Virus record (IMG/VR): IMGVR_UViG_3300031787_000115
Coordinates: 1 to 62,585 of that record
Direction: 5' to 3' (one strand)
DNA from: a virus
Taxonomy: Duplodnaviria; Caudoviricetes
DNA length: 62,585 nucleotides
Of the stretch, positions 26,853 through 36,258 are shown in pieces. The notes beneath the pieces were generated by a model. It searched no databases. It was not told the DNA's origin and was given only the letters and a program-made list of their open reading frames with translations. Numbering within the stretch: the stretch's first letter is position 1; each line of letters opens with the position of its first letter. The translations under genes were made by a program, and so were the position numbers.

Positions 26853-27296
26853 TCAAGCCGCGTTCGTGATCCGGATGAAGCCGCCCGAGGCGTCCGGGGT
26901 GATGCGGAACTGGGTTCCGTTGACGGCGGTCACCGTGCCGTCGAAGTCGATCCGGGCCACCGGTGGGTCGTTGGTTTTGGTGTCGTCGTAGATCAGGGCA
27001 TGGCTGGCGGCGATGCTGCCTCCGCTGGCGTCCCACGTCACTGGGTCAAAGGTAAAGGTCGAGTCGTTGGTGGTGATGGTGGCGATCGAGACGTTCGTCA
27101 GGGCCTTCGTGTTCTGCGTGTAGCCGTTGGCCGTGCTGAGCTGGGTCGCGCCGCTCTCGGCTGCCGTTTTGGTCGTGGCCGTGGCGTTCGCCGGCAGGGC
27201 CGTGTAGAGGTTGATGATGTAGCTGTCGCTGGCCACGAAGTCGCCGGCCTGGATCCGCCGGGGCGTGTCGTTGTAGAGCGTGACGGTGACAGGCAC
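26853..27296 (-). CDS. Tail protein
   Basis: QLSTANGYTQ..VTWDASGGSI..IDFDG motifs; late motif upstream. Confidence 0.72.
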   Translation of the reverse strand: MPVTVTLYNDTPRRIQAGDFVASDSYIINLYTALPANATATTKTAAESGATQLSTANGYTQNTKALTNVSIATITTNDSTFTFDPVTWDASGGSIAASHALIYDDTKTNDPPVARIDFDGTVTAVNGTQFRITPDASGGFIRITNAA

Positions 27297-27335
27297 GGCA
27301 GCGGGTGGGGCTTTCCCCTAGGTTTCCGCTGCCCC

Positions 27336-30300
27336 TCAGCCCGCCGGGAATTGGGCTGTCGGGATCGTGATGGTCCGGGCCACGCTGGAGGTGACCCGGA
27401 AGTCGTCCATGTAGCCGTTGAACCCGTACAGGTTGTTCCAGTCCATGCCGATCCGCCAGGCCGCGCGGGTCTGGTTGACGGCGTTGGTGTAGGTGCTGCC
27501 GACCTGGGTCTGGCCCTGCCACAGCTTCCAGGCGCCGGCCTCGCAGGTCAGCGCCACATGAGTCCAGGTGTCCACGACGATCGTGCCGGATTGGATCCGG
27601 AAGCCGTTGAGGTAGAGAAACAGCTGATTGGTGTTGCGGATGCCCCAGACAAAGCCCGCGGTGTCGTTGTCGGATGTCCGCGAATCGAAGATCGCATGGA
27701 AGTCCTTGACGGAAGCGATGCGGACCCAGCACTGCAGCGTGAACGTCGTACCCAGGGCCACCCCCGTCACGCTCAGTCGGTCGCCGTTGCCATCGAACAG
27801 AGCCGAAGCCCCGCCCCACTGGCTCTGGGCCGTACTGATCTGGGCGTTGCCCACGGCTGTCACGGTTCGGGCGCTGGTGCTCGAATCGGTGAAGGTCGTG
27901 CTGCCGTTGGTGCCGTTCATCGACAGCAGCAGGGGCACATTCGCCCAGCTGGGGTCGCCGCCGATCTGGGCCACCACCGGAGCCACGCCGCTCAGCTCCA
28001 GGCTGGCCGTGGGCAGGATCACCGAGCCGGGGCTGTCGATCACTGGGGCCACGCCGCTCAGCTCCAGCTCCGCAACCGGCAGCGGCACGTTGACGCCGGC
28101 CTGCTCAACCACCGGCGCCAGGGTGGACATCTCCAGGGTGGTGACCGGCAGCGGCATGTTGACGCTCACCGCCGGGGCAGTGGCGGCCAGGTCGAGGCTG
28201 GTGGTCGGCAGGGCGACAGTCACCACCGCCCGCACCGTGGCCCGGACCCGCACCTTCGGGCTCAGGGTGATCGTGGGCAGCGACAGGGCATAGGCCAGGC
28301 TCGTCACGGTGGCGCCTAGGCGGATCTTGGCGGAGAGCTCCAGCGTCTCGTTCCAGACCGGCACCACCGCCGGGGCGGCCATCGTCGGGCCGGGGTTGGG
28401 GCCGACGTTGACCCAGGTGCCGCTGGCGTCGAGCGAGTAGACGTTGCCGGTGGCCTGATCCAGGGCGCCCTGCCCGGTGGTGGCCGAGGGGAACGCCGCC
28501 GACAGCGTGGCCTGGGCCGTGCTGCCCACGGTGGCGACACTGCCGATCATCGCCGTGGGGGTAGTGTCCACCACCGTCGGGGCCGTGGGCAGGGTGGTGA
28601 TGCCGGGCGCGACGGGGAACCAGAAGGTGCCGGTGCCGCCGATCGCTCCCCAGAACAGGGCATCCGTGCTGTGGATGATGCCGTTGGCGTCGAACGTCCA
28701 GCCGCTGCCGTTGCAGCGGTAAAGGGCGCTCAGGCCGTTGGCCTGGACGATGAACGGGCCGAATGGCTGGTTCGGGAGGGTGCCGGCCGCACACTGCAGG
28801 CTGACGCCGGATCGGTTTCCCATCAGCAGCTTGTTCTGAACACGGCCGAACTGGCGCGCCTTTTCGGCCGCATCGCTCTTGATCGTGCGGAAGGTGGACC
28901 CAGCGCCAGGGACACCCGAGGGGGCGTTCTTGACGAACACATCATCCGGGGCGTAGGGCAGGGAGAGCTCAATCCGCCGCTGCGCAGAAGCGCTCCCGAC
29001 CGCCAGCTCGAGACCCGCCTTCACTTCGGTGCGGTAGCCGTTGTTGGGGTCGCCGCTGCCGTCTGACGGGTCAGAGCGTGAGGGGTTGTACGCTCCGAAC
29101 TCGATCGGCGCCTCACCCACCGGCGCGGCTGACAGCAGGGACAGCGTCGGGCCCCTTTGCCCTTGGAAGTTGCTGTCAGTGCAGTCAACGGTCACATTCA
29201 GCAGGCACTCACCCCTGATGGCCCGATTGATGAAGGCCTGAACCTGGGCCGGGGTTGTGAAGCTGTCGCGGGATTCAGCGATCGATTGCTGGCCGCTGAT
29301 GCTCTTGATCCAGGGTCCATAGGACTTGGTCACCGTCTGCACGGTGTTGCGGAGCCGACTGGTCTCGATCACCTGCTTATCCAGCAGGTAGTTGCCGCTG
29401 TAGGAGACGCTGACGACACCGCTCTCGAAGGCCATCGGCAGCCCCACCTGTCCGATGGCATGGGCCATTGACCCACGCCGCTCCACTGTTCGGACGGTCT
29501 CGTTGCCGTAGGCGTCGTAGTCGAAGGTCTCGAGCGTGCGCGCCTGGACGTTGTTGTTGGCGAACCCGATCCCTTCGGAGAGGTAGGACGAGACCAGGCC
29601 GCCCAGGACCGCTGCGGCTGACGTGGTTTCGACTGTGATGCGACTGTCAACGACGCGCACCTCGTCGTCGTTTGGGGTCTTGATCTTCCGGTACCGGGTC
29701 ACGGTCTCCGATGCCTGCAGGATCGGATAGGTGGCGGTCGCCTGGCCACCGCTGCTCAATCCGTAGGCAATCACGATTTCGGAGACGCTGCTCGTGACCG
29801 ACCGCTCGAAGGGCGATTCACCGGCGGTCGTTTGCAGATCAGTGCCATCGCCGAACTTGGACCGCAGCGTGCTGTAGCTGACGGTCACCGCTTCGCCAGG
29901 GAGTTGGCCGGCGCCGATGCTGCCCAGGTCGATGATCTTGCCCTGGCTCACCACCGGGCCCGTGCCACCGTCCTCATCCAGCGGCAGGATCTGCAGCACC
30001 TCCTGGCGGTTGAGGTAGCCGACGTAGCTCTCGCTGACCAGTAGATCGGAGAGCACCTGCACGTAGCCGGCCCCGTAGTCGAACTCCGCAATGCTGAACT
30101 TGTTTGTCAGCGGGTTGCTGCTGGCGGTGATGCCGAGCTTGGAGAGGCACAGGGCCATGGCAGATGAGGCCCGGATCGGAACGGTAATGATCTCGGTGTC
30201 GGCTTCGGTGACGCCGCTGTTCTCAGGATCGTCGAGGGCCTTCCAGTTGATCTGCTCCCGCAGGTCCGCCAGGTAGGTGAGCTTGCACCCCAGCTCCACC

Positions 30301-30551
30301 CGCGTCGTGCGCCGGTAGGGATCGGCGAAGGACGACAGCACCCGCAACTTGCGGGGCAGGTAGGTGGTGATGCCGTTCCGCGAGTAGCTGAACTCAACAG
30401 CGGTGCCGATCGCGGGCGTCACCAGGCCGCTTAGCTCCACCGAGCCCCGGGTCTTCACCAGGCCGGAGCCCTGCAGGTAGTCGTCGTTGATGCTGCCGCT
30501 GATCAGGGTGCCCAGCGAACAGCTGACGGTGGCGCGGATGTCGATCGCCAT
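27336..30551 (-). CDS. Large tail tip/hub protein with C-terminal LamG/ConA-like lectin domain
   Basis: 1071 aa; C-terminal LLLSMNGTNGSTTFTD..FTLQCWVR..WTHVAL..GYMDDFRVT. Confidence 0.8.
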   Translation of the reverse strand: MAIDIRATVSCSLGTLISGSINDDYLQGSGLVKTRGSVELSGLVTPAIGTAVEFSYSRNGITTYLPRKLRVLSSFADPYRRTTRVELGCKLTYLADLREQINWKALDDPENSGVTEADTEIITVPIRASSAMALCLSKLGITASSNPLTNKFSIAEFDYGAGYVQVLSDLLVSESYVGYLNRQEVLQILPLDEDGGTGPVVSQGKIIDLGSIGAGQLPGEAVTVSYSTLRSKFGDGTDLQTTAGESPFERSVTSSVSEIVIAYGLSSGGQATATYPILQASETVTRYRKIKTPNDDEVRVVDSRITVETTSAAAVLGGLVSSYLSEGIGFANNNVQARTLETFDYDAYGNETVRTVERRGSMAHAIGQVGLPMAFESGVVSVSYSGNYLLDKQVIETSRLRNTVQTVTKSYGPWIKSISGQQSIAESRDSFTTPAQVQAFINRAIRGECLLNVTVDCTDSNFQGQRGPTLSLLSAAPVGEAPIEFGAYNPSRSDPSDGSGDPNNGYRTEVKAGLELAVGSASAQRRIELSLPYAPDDVFVKNAPSGVPGAGSTFRTIKSDAAEKARQFGRVQNKLLMGNRSGVSLQCAAGTLPNQPFGPFIVQANGLSALYRCNGSGWTFDANGIIHSTDALFWGAIGGTGTFWFPVAPGITTLPTAPTVVDTTPTAMIGSVATVGSTAQATLSAAFPSATTGQGALDQATGNVYSLDASGTWVNVGPNPGPTMAAPAVVPVWNETLELSAKIRLGATVTSLAYALSLPTITLSPKVRVRATVRAVVTVALPTTSLDLAATAPAVSVNMPLPVTTLEMSTLAPVVEQAGVNVPLPVAELELSGVAPVIDSPGSVILPTASLELSGVAPVVAQIGGDPSWANVPLLLSMNGTNGSTTFTDSSTSARTVTAVGNAQISTAQSQWGGASALFDGNGDRLSVTGVALGTTFTLQCWVRIASVKDFHAIFDSRTSDNDTAGFVWGIRNTNQLFLYLNGFRIQSGTIVVDTWTHVALTCEAGAWKLWQGQTQVGSTYTNAVNQTRAAWRIGMDWNNLYGFNGYMDDFRVTSSVARTITIPTAQFPAG

Positions 30552-31300
30552 CAGAGGATCTGCAGGGCCGTGAGGCTCACCGAATAGCGGGTGGACTTGG
30601 CGCCGCCGCTGATGATCACCTCAGCCGTGGCGGTCGGGGCGGTGATCGGGAACCAGCTGGACGCCGCCGGCACCGCGGCGATGGTGGTGTCGTACCAGCT
30701 CAGGAGATCGGCGTAGGTGCCGCTGCTGATGTAGCCCTCGATCTGGCGGACCTTGTGGGCCACCAGCGGCCCGGTGAGGTAGCTGGTACCGGTGGCGGTC
30801 ATGGCCACCGTGGGGCCGTCCTGGCGCGTCTCCATCGGCCGGGTCAGGGTCACCACGGCGCTGCCGAGGGCGACGGTGCCCAGGTTGGGGGTGGTGGCCT
30901 CGGTGTTCTGGCGCTGGCGCTCCTGCCCCCGCAGCAGCACCGCCAGGGCCTGGGCCGCATCGACCAGCACCGCCGTCGCGCTGATGTAGGCGCCGGTCTG
31001 CTCCCCCGCTGGGGGCTCCGCAAACCAGCACGCCAGGCCCGTCACGCTCAGGCCGTTGGCGGAAGCAATCGAGAGGCTGACAGTGGTGCCGACCGCGCCC
31101 GAAAGCAGGGTGTCAGCGTCAGTGATGCGGGTGTCGCGCCAGGTGTCGTAGGTGCCGACCAGCGTCTGCCACTGGGTCGGAGTCAGCAGGCCCGACAGCC
31201 GGAACGTCCGGGCGGTCAGGCCGGTGCGGGCCTCGCCCTCGTAGCCGTAGGGCTGAGCCGTCAGGGCGCTGCAGGTGAAGGATCCGATCGTGATCGTCAT
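30551..31300 (-). CDS. Distal tail-like protein
   Basis: Directly downstream of the tape measure gene. Confidence 0.65.
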   Translation of the reverse strand: MTITIGSFTCSALTAQPYGYEGEARTGLTARTFRLSGLLTPTQWQTLVGTYDTWRDTRITDADTLLSGAVGTTVSLSIASANGLSVTGLACWFAEPPAGEQTGAYISATAVLVDAAQALAVLLRGQERQRQNTEATTPNLGTVALGSAVVTLTRPMETRQDGPTVAMTATGTSYLTGPLVAHKVRQIEGYISSGTYADLLSWYDTTIAAVPAASSWFPITAPTATAEVIISGGAKSTRYSVSLTALQIL

Positions 31301-31303
31301 GGC

Positions 31304-33994
31304 TCAGACTCCCGGCAGGGCCGCCGTGGGCGGCTGCACGTTGACGTTGACCAGCCACTCTTTGGTGGCCAGGGCGTCGAGGGAGTTGGCCAGCAGGCCC
31401 ATCTTCGTGCTGTTCTCCACTAGCGCCCCGGCATTGCGCACCGCCGCATCGGCGGCCTCCTTCTGGGCCCGGGCCAGCGCCAGCTGATTCTCCGCCTGCT
31501 GGAACTGCCGGGCGATGGCTGCCAGGCCAAACACCTGATCAGGGGTCTGGACCGGGGTTCCCTGCCGAATCAAGCCGCGATCAATCAGCGGTTGAATCTC
31601 AGCCCGCGCCAGTCGCAGCTGTTCGTTGACCAGTGCTGGGCTGAACACGTCCGCATTGCTGCGCACCACGTCGTTGAAGCTCCCCTGCGCATCGCGCAGC
31701 TGCTTCGCGGCATCAGTGGCGCCGTCCCGCAGGGCTCGGCCCACGTCCAGGCCGGCAACGGTCAGCTTCGCGGCGGCGGTCTCCGCATCGGTTCGGAACT
31801 TCGCCAGCTGATCGAGCGGGATTAGCTCCCCGCCGGCGCGACGATCCAGGGCATCCCGCAGGGCCCGGGCGGCACGCTCCGCATCTCGGGCGGCATCGCT
31901 GATGCCGGTGCCCAGGTCCCGCGTTTGTGCTGCCACGCGCCGCTGTGCCTCGCGCACCGCATCCGATGGCCGCAGCACGTCGATGGGGCTGCGGGCTCCG
32001 GTGATGGCATCGCTGCCCTGGCGGGCCAGGGATCGCAGGGTGTCGCCACGGGCGCGGAAGGTGTCGAGCACCTGGCGGGTGGTGGCGGCGGCTTCGCGGG
32101 TGGCCTTCTTCAGGTCCTCGCCCGCCTGCACGTACGCCAGCTCAACCTCACGGGCCGCCCTGGTCAGATTGCCTTCCAGCTGTGCAACGCGCGTGGCGCT
32201 CCGGCTACCCTCCAGGTTCGTGATGCCATTGCCCACGGGCTTGGCCATCTCGCGGTCCAGGTCCGCCTGGATCACCTTGACGGCACGGATCTTCTCCTCA
32301 ACGGCCAGCTTGTTCTCCAACTTCTGCCGCTCGACACCCTGCAGGGTGGCCAAGGTCTTGCTGGCCTCAATCCGCGAGCGGATGCCCTCTAGATCCAGGG
32401 CGTTCTTGGTGCGGATCTCTTGCAGGTCCGCAGCCTGCTTGGCAGCGTCCACTACTGGGTCCTCCTCCTGCTGCGGCGGCTTCGGTTTGACGGTCAGGCG
32501 GGGAGGCACAGGCGGGCCCTGCTGCGGCTGTGGCTTGCTGCCCCGGTCACGGATCTTTCCACCGATCACAAAGTCATAAGCAAGGCCCAGAGGGCCAAGG
32601 ATCTGCCTCAGGACCTGGTCCGATGCCAGGGGCGCCACCTTGCCGCCAAAGTCACCGATCTGCTTCAGGGGCAACAGTCCGATCAGCGTAGTGAGCCGGC
32701 TGATCACACCATCGATGTCTTCAATAAACGACTTAAAGTATGGCGAAACCACGCTCTCCAGTGTTGCTGCGAGGTTTGAAAAGCCGTTGCCGATCCGCTT
32801 CAACCCGCCTGCGATTGTACCGCTGTTGATGTCCATGGCCTTTGCTGCAGTACCTCCGGCTGTCGCCTGGTTTTCAAGGAACTGGTTTGTTTTCTTGAGC
32901 CCGTCGTTAATCGCTGGCTGCACAACTGCCTGGGCCTCTACCGACCCCAGCAACTGAAAGAGCCTGTCTGGCGTACCGCCGCCCTTCTGGCGAATCTCGT
33001 CCAGTAGCGCAACAAATCCCTTCGATCTGACAGCCGAAGCGCTGAAGTCAATTCCAAGTGATCGGGCTAGCCGGGATGCGTCGGCGGTTGGCTTGAGAAC
33101 ACTGGCGATAGCCTGTCGCAGGCCGGTAAATGTCTGCTGGACGGGAACGCTGTTATTCGTCGCATTGGCAATTAGAGCGTTCAGCTCCTCAATCGGGATT
33201 CCCGCGCCTGCTGCGACAGCGGCGATGTTACCGATCTCATTGACGTACTCCCGGACGGTGATCGTGCCGTCGTTTTGCGTCTGCACAAACTGGTCAACAA
33301 TCTTCCCGACGTCCTTGGTCGTCCTTCCATAGGCGTTCAGAACACCAGCTGCACCACGCGATACATCTTCAATGGTCGCGAATCCACCGACAGCACCGCG
33401 CACTGATGCGCGCAGGATTTCCACCTGCTCGGATGGCTTGGAGAATCCAGAGCTGGCAACATCATAAGCGGCTTTCAGGAGTTCAACCTGGCTGACGTTG
33501 TTGTTCAGCTCAACTGATAGGTTGCGGAGCCTGGACTTCAGGTCATCACTATCAACCCCCAGCGTGCGGACGGCCGCCGCCGCTTGATCGAGCTCTTTGA
33601 TCTGGGTGCCAACGTAGCTCGCAACTCCCAGGGTGGATGTCGCAACCCCGAGAGCACCTAACGCACTGGTCAGGGCCCCGTAGCCGGCCGCGAGCTGAAG
33701 CGCGGAAGATCCCGCGACGCTCAGCGCTTGGCCCTGTGCCGCCGTGGCGGCCGTGCTCGCTACCGTGGCAGCCCGGTAGGACTCAACGCCTCGTAGCAGT
33801 TCTGGCGGGATCGGCGGTGGCAGGGGAGGGCGAGCCGCCGACGGCTGCCGCTGCGCCTGGCTCGCCTGCTCGAACGCCTGCCGCACGATCGCCGCTGTGC
33901 GTTGCGCTTCCGTCTGCACCGCCAGCAGGCCCGCACGCAGCTGGGTGTCATCCACCGACACCGTCAACACCGCTGCGCCGAGCGCTTCCGCCAC
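31304..33994 (-). CDS. Tape measure protein
   Basis: LGAAVLTVSVDDTQLRAGL N-terminus; TP901-like core (AAYDVASSG..VLNAYG..LRQAIASVLKP); 896 aa Ala-rich. Confidence 0.9.
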   Translation of the reverse strand: MAEALGAAVLTVSVDDTQLRAGLLAVQTEAQRTAAIVRQAFEQASQAQRQPSAARPPLPPPIPPELLRGVESYRAATVASTAATAAQGQALSVAGSSALQLAAGYGALTSALGALGVATSTLGVASYVGTQIKELDQAAAAVRTLGVDSDDLKSRLRNLSVELNNNVSQVELLKAAYDVASSGFSKPSEQVEILRASVRGAVGGFATIEDVSRGAAGVLNAYGRTTKDVGKIVDQFVQTQNDGTITVREYVNEIGNIAAVAAGAGIPIEELNALIANATNNSVPVQQTFTGLRQAIASVLKPTADASRLARSLGIDFSASAVRSKGFVALLDEIRQKGGGTPDRLFQLLGSVEAQAVVQPAINDGLKKTNQFLENQATAGGTAAKAMDINSGTIAGGLKRIGNGFSNLAATLESVVSPYFKSFIEDIDGVISRLTTLIGLLPLKQIGDFGGKVAPLASDQVLRQILGPLGLAYDFVIGGKIRDRGSKPQPQQGPPVPPRLTVKPKPPQQEEDPVVDAAKQAADLQEIRTKNALDLEGIRSRIEASKTLATLQGVERQKLENKLAVEEKIRAVKVIQADLDREMAKPVGNGITNLEGSRSATRVAQLEGNLTRAAREVELAYVQAGEDLKKATREAAATTRQVLDTFRARGDTLRSLARQGSDAITGARSPIDVLRPSDAVREAQRRVAAQTRDLGTGISDAARDAERAARALRDALDRRAGGELIPLDQLAKFRTDAETAAAKLTVAGLDVGRALRDGATDAAKQLRDAQGSFNDVVRSNADVFSPALVNEQLRLARAEIQPLIDRGLIRQGTPVQTPDQVFGLAAIARQFQQAENQLALARAQKEAADAAVRNAGALVENSTKMGLLANSLDALATKEWLVNVNVQPPTAALPGV

Positions 33995-34042
33995 CGTGCC
34001 TCTGCCTGTGTCTCAGCTTGCCGTCAGGCGGCAACCTCAGGC

Positions 34043-34441
34043 ATGGCTTCCGCTCTCGCCCCCTTCGCCAACGCCTCCGCCGTGTTCACGGTGGCGACCA
34101 CTGGCACCACCACCGACGCCAGGACCGGCAACGTGGTGCCCAACACTGCCACGCTGACGGTCAGCCTCTACCTGCGGCAGGGCGCCACCGATCCGACCAG
34201 CGACTTCCCCGGGGTGGACACCGACGTTGAGCAGTTCGAGGGGTACGCGGTGAGCCCCCAGGCCCTCGATGCGCGCATCATCCCCGGCACCACCGGAACG
34301 CTCACCTTCGCCGGCCAGGCCCCGGCCCGCTGCGAGGTGGTAAACGCTCGCTATCCCTTCGGCGCCACCGGCTTCATTGGTGCCACCGTTCAGGGCGTAC
34401 TGGGTGACAAGATCCGCCTGCAGCGGTTCGTCAACGGCTGA
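34043..34441 (+). CDS. Putative head-closure / head-tail joining protein (inverted relative to neighbours)
   Basis: TDARTGNVVP beta-rich ORF; ATG 7 nt after GGCAAC. Confidence 0.6.
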   Translation: MASALAPFANASAVFTVATTGTTTDARTGNVVPNTATLTVSLYLRQGATDPTSDFPGVDTDVEQFEGYAVSPQALDARIIPGTTGTLTFAGQAPARCEVVNARYPFGATGFIGATVQGVLGDKIRLQRFVNG

Positions 34442-34875
34442 TGATCCGCCTGACGGCCACCGTGCGTATCACCGGCTGGCGGGGCCGCCAGTTGGAGCAG
34501 CGCATCCCGCGCATCCTCACGGCCTACGGACAGACACTCGGCACCCAGCTGCGGGAGGAGATCAACACCGCGCAGTTCAGCTGGCCGCGAGCCACCAGGC
34601 GCAGCAGGGGTCAGACCGTCACCAGTCCACGCGACATCGTGGACACCGGTGAGTTTCTGCGCAGCCAGACCCTGACCACCGCCGGTATCAACCGGCTGGC
34701 CTTCACGTGGAATCCGGTCAGCCCCGGCGGCTTCCCCTACGCCAGGCCGATCTTCACCGGCTACACCACCAACCGCGGCACCGTGGTCCCAGGCCGGGAT
34801 TGGATGACACCAGCGCTGCAGCACCAGCCGATGGCGCGGTTCTTTGCGGAGCAGTGGGCAGCACTGGGGCGTTGA
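34441..34875 (+). CDS. HK97 gp10-like tail completion / neck protein
   Basis: RDIVDTGEFLRS..YA..GRDWMTPAL motifs. Confidence 0.7.
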   Translation: MIRLTATVRITGWRGRQLEQRIPRILTAYGQTLGTQLREEINTAQFSWPRATRRSRGQTVTSPRDIVDTGEFLRSQTLTTAGINRLAFTWNPVSPGGFPYARPIFTGYTTNRGTVVPGRDWMTPALQHQPMARFFAEQWAALGR

Positions 34876-34879
34876 CAGC

Positions 34880-34908
34880 AGAAAGGGCGGACCGAAGCCC
34901 GCCCCTTC
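34880..34908. terminator. Hairpin between convergent genes (bidirectional terminator candidate)
   Basis: GAAAGGGCGG-ACCGAAGC-CCGCCCCTTC. Confidence 0.55.
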
Positions 34909-34924
34909 ACGATCCCGGCAGGGA

Positions 34925-35401
34925 TCAGTCGGTTTCAGCGGTCCAGGTGTAGGCGCCGTAGCCGCTGAGGGTGAAGGTCACCTTGCTGACATCACCGGCC
35001 TGGATCTGTTCGCTGAAGTCGGTGACGAATGCCACTCCGGCATGGATCTCCGGGTTGCCGCTGGGATCCATCTCGGGGCTTTCGCGATACCACTGCACCG
35101 TCACGCCGGTAGCGGCATCCTTGGCGGCGGCCTTGAGGATCTTGTAGCCGGCATCCCGCAGGTCCAGGTTCATCTCCATCGGGATGGAGTAGCTCTGACC
35201 GGTCACCAGCGATGCGCTGAAGCCCTGGGGGGAGCCGTAGTCGCGAACTTCGGTGGTCTGGGACTGGGACTGGATGCCGGCATTCGTCAGGCTCAGCACC
35301 TCGGTCATGGTGCTGGAGCCGCTGGGTGCGGTCGAGGAGGTCGTCCCGGCCTTCACCCAGAATCGGTAGTTGAGTGCGTTGAAGAATGCGCCGGTAGCCA
35401 T
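34925..35401 (-). CDS. Major tail tube protein
   Basis: 158 aa; AFVTDFSEQIQAGDVSKVTFTLSGYG C-terminal strands typical of siphovirus tubes. Confidence 0.82.
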   Translation of the reverse strand: MATGAFFNALNYRFWVKAGTTSSTAPSGSSTMTEVLSLTNAGIQSQSQTTEVRDYGSPQGFSASLVTGQSYSIPMEMNLDLRDAGYKILKAAAKDAATGVTVQWYRESPEMDPSGNPEIHAGVAFVTDFSEQIQAGDVSKVTFTLSGYGAYTWTAETD

Positions 35402-35438
35402 GGGTCCCGAGGGGGTTTGCCCTCAGGTTTCCGGCCGA

Positions 35439-35930
35439 TCAAGAGCGGATGATCCGCGCGCCGCTGTGGCCCCCATCGAAGCCGACGGCGGTGAGCACCT
35501 GCCCCTTGAGCTCATTGACGCGAGCGGCCAGCACGGCGCCCTCAGTGGCGGCACCACCAGCGCCGGAGCGGTAGCGCACGCGCAGCAGGTTGGTGTCCCA
35601 CTCCACCACGTCGGCCCGCTTGAGCTGCTGGTCACGGGTGGGGGTGGTGCCAGGGACCGGGCCCTCGTACTCCTCGGCGTTCCCCAGGTGCGCGGTGCCG
35701 CTGGCCACCTTGTCGGCCCAGATGCTTTCCAGGTCCTCGATCTCGTCAATCCAGCGCTTGACCTTGGCGACAGCGGCAGGTGACGCCTCGGCCATGAGGT
35801 TCATGGCGACCGTCAGCCGGTGCAGGTTCACCTCCGTGGCCGGAGCGTCCGCATAGGAGCGGATGGCATCCCGGTCATCGATCGGTGTGGTCCGCCAGAG
35901 GGCGTTGAGCGTGGGGAGGGGCAGCGCCAT
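35439..35930 (-). CDS. Putative head-tail adaptor
   Basis: LKRADVVEW motif; late motif upstream. Confidence 0.55.
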   Translation of the reverse strand: MALPLPTLNALWRTTPIDDRDAIRSYADAPATEVNLHRLTVAMNLMAEASPAAVAKVKRWIDEIEDLESIWADKVASGTAHLGNAEEYEGPVPGTTPTRDQQLKRADVVEWDTNLLRVRYRSGAGGAATEGAVLAARVNELKGQVLTAVGFDGGHSGARIIRS

Positions 35931-35961
35931 GGCGTGGGGGGTCGTGCCTCAGGTTGCCGCG

Positions 35962-36030
35962 TCAGCCCTTCCCCTTGCCGCCCTTCCCCTTGCCCTTCGG
36001 CTTGGGCTTGCTGTGGTTGCCGCCGTTCAT
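35962..36030 (-). CDS. 22-aa Lys/Gly peptide MNGGNHSKPKPKGKGKGGKGKG
   Basis: Has its own late motif GGCAACCTCAC at 36061-36051; not in ORF track. Confidence 0.55.
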   Translation of the reverse strand: MNGGNHSKPKPKGKGKGGKGKG

Positions 36031-36063
36031 CGCAGGGGTGCAGGGGTTGAGTGAGGTTGCCGC

Positions 36064-36255
36064 TCAAACCCCGCTCAGCCAGTGCTTGGCCCTCGGCGGG
36101 ATCGTCCCCGCCAGCGTCCGGGCCACATGCTCGGCCTCCCTGGCCTCGAGCGTGGTCGCCGCATGGCGCAGGGCCTGGCGGGTCGCTTCGGGGTCGCGCT
36201 GATCGACGGTCACCTGCAGCAACAGGAAGGCGTGCAGGTCAGGGGGCAGGGGCAT
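36064..36255 (-). CDS. Hypothetical protein
   Basis: ATG 3 nt after the MuF stop. Confidence 0.6.
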   Translation of the reverse strand: MPLPPDLHAFLLLQVTVDQRDPEATRQALRHAATTLEAREAEHVARTLAGTIPPRAKHWLSGV

Positions 36256-36258
36256 GGA

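Noticed and set aside
26277-28319. Long antisense ORFs opposite structural and replication genes (also 23969-25522, 44502-46241, 53996-55360)
   Set aside because: Shadow ORFs typical of high-GC coding DNA; recognisable motifs are on the opposite strand
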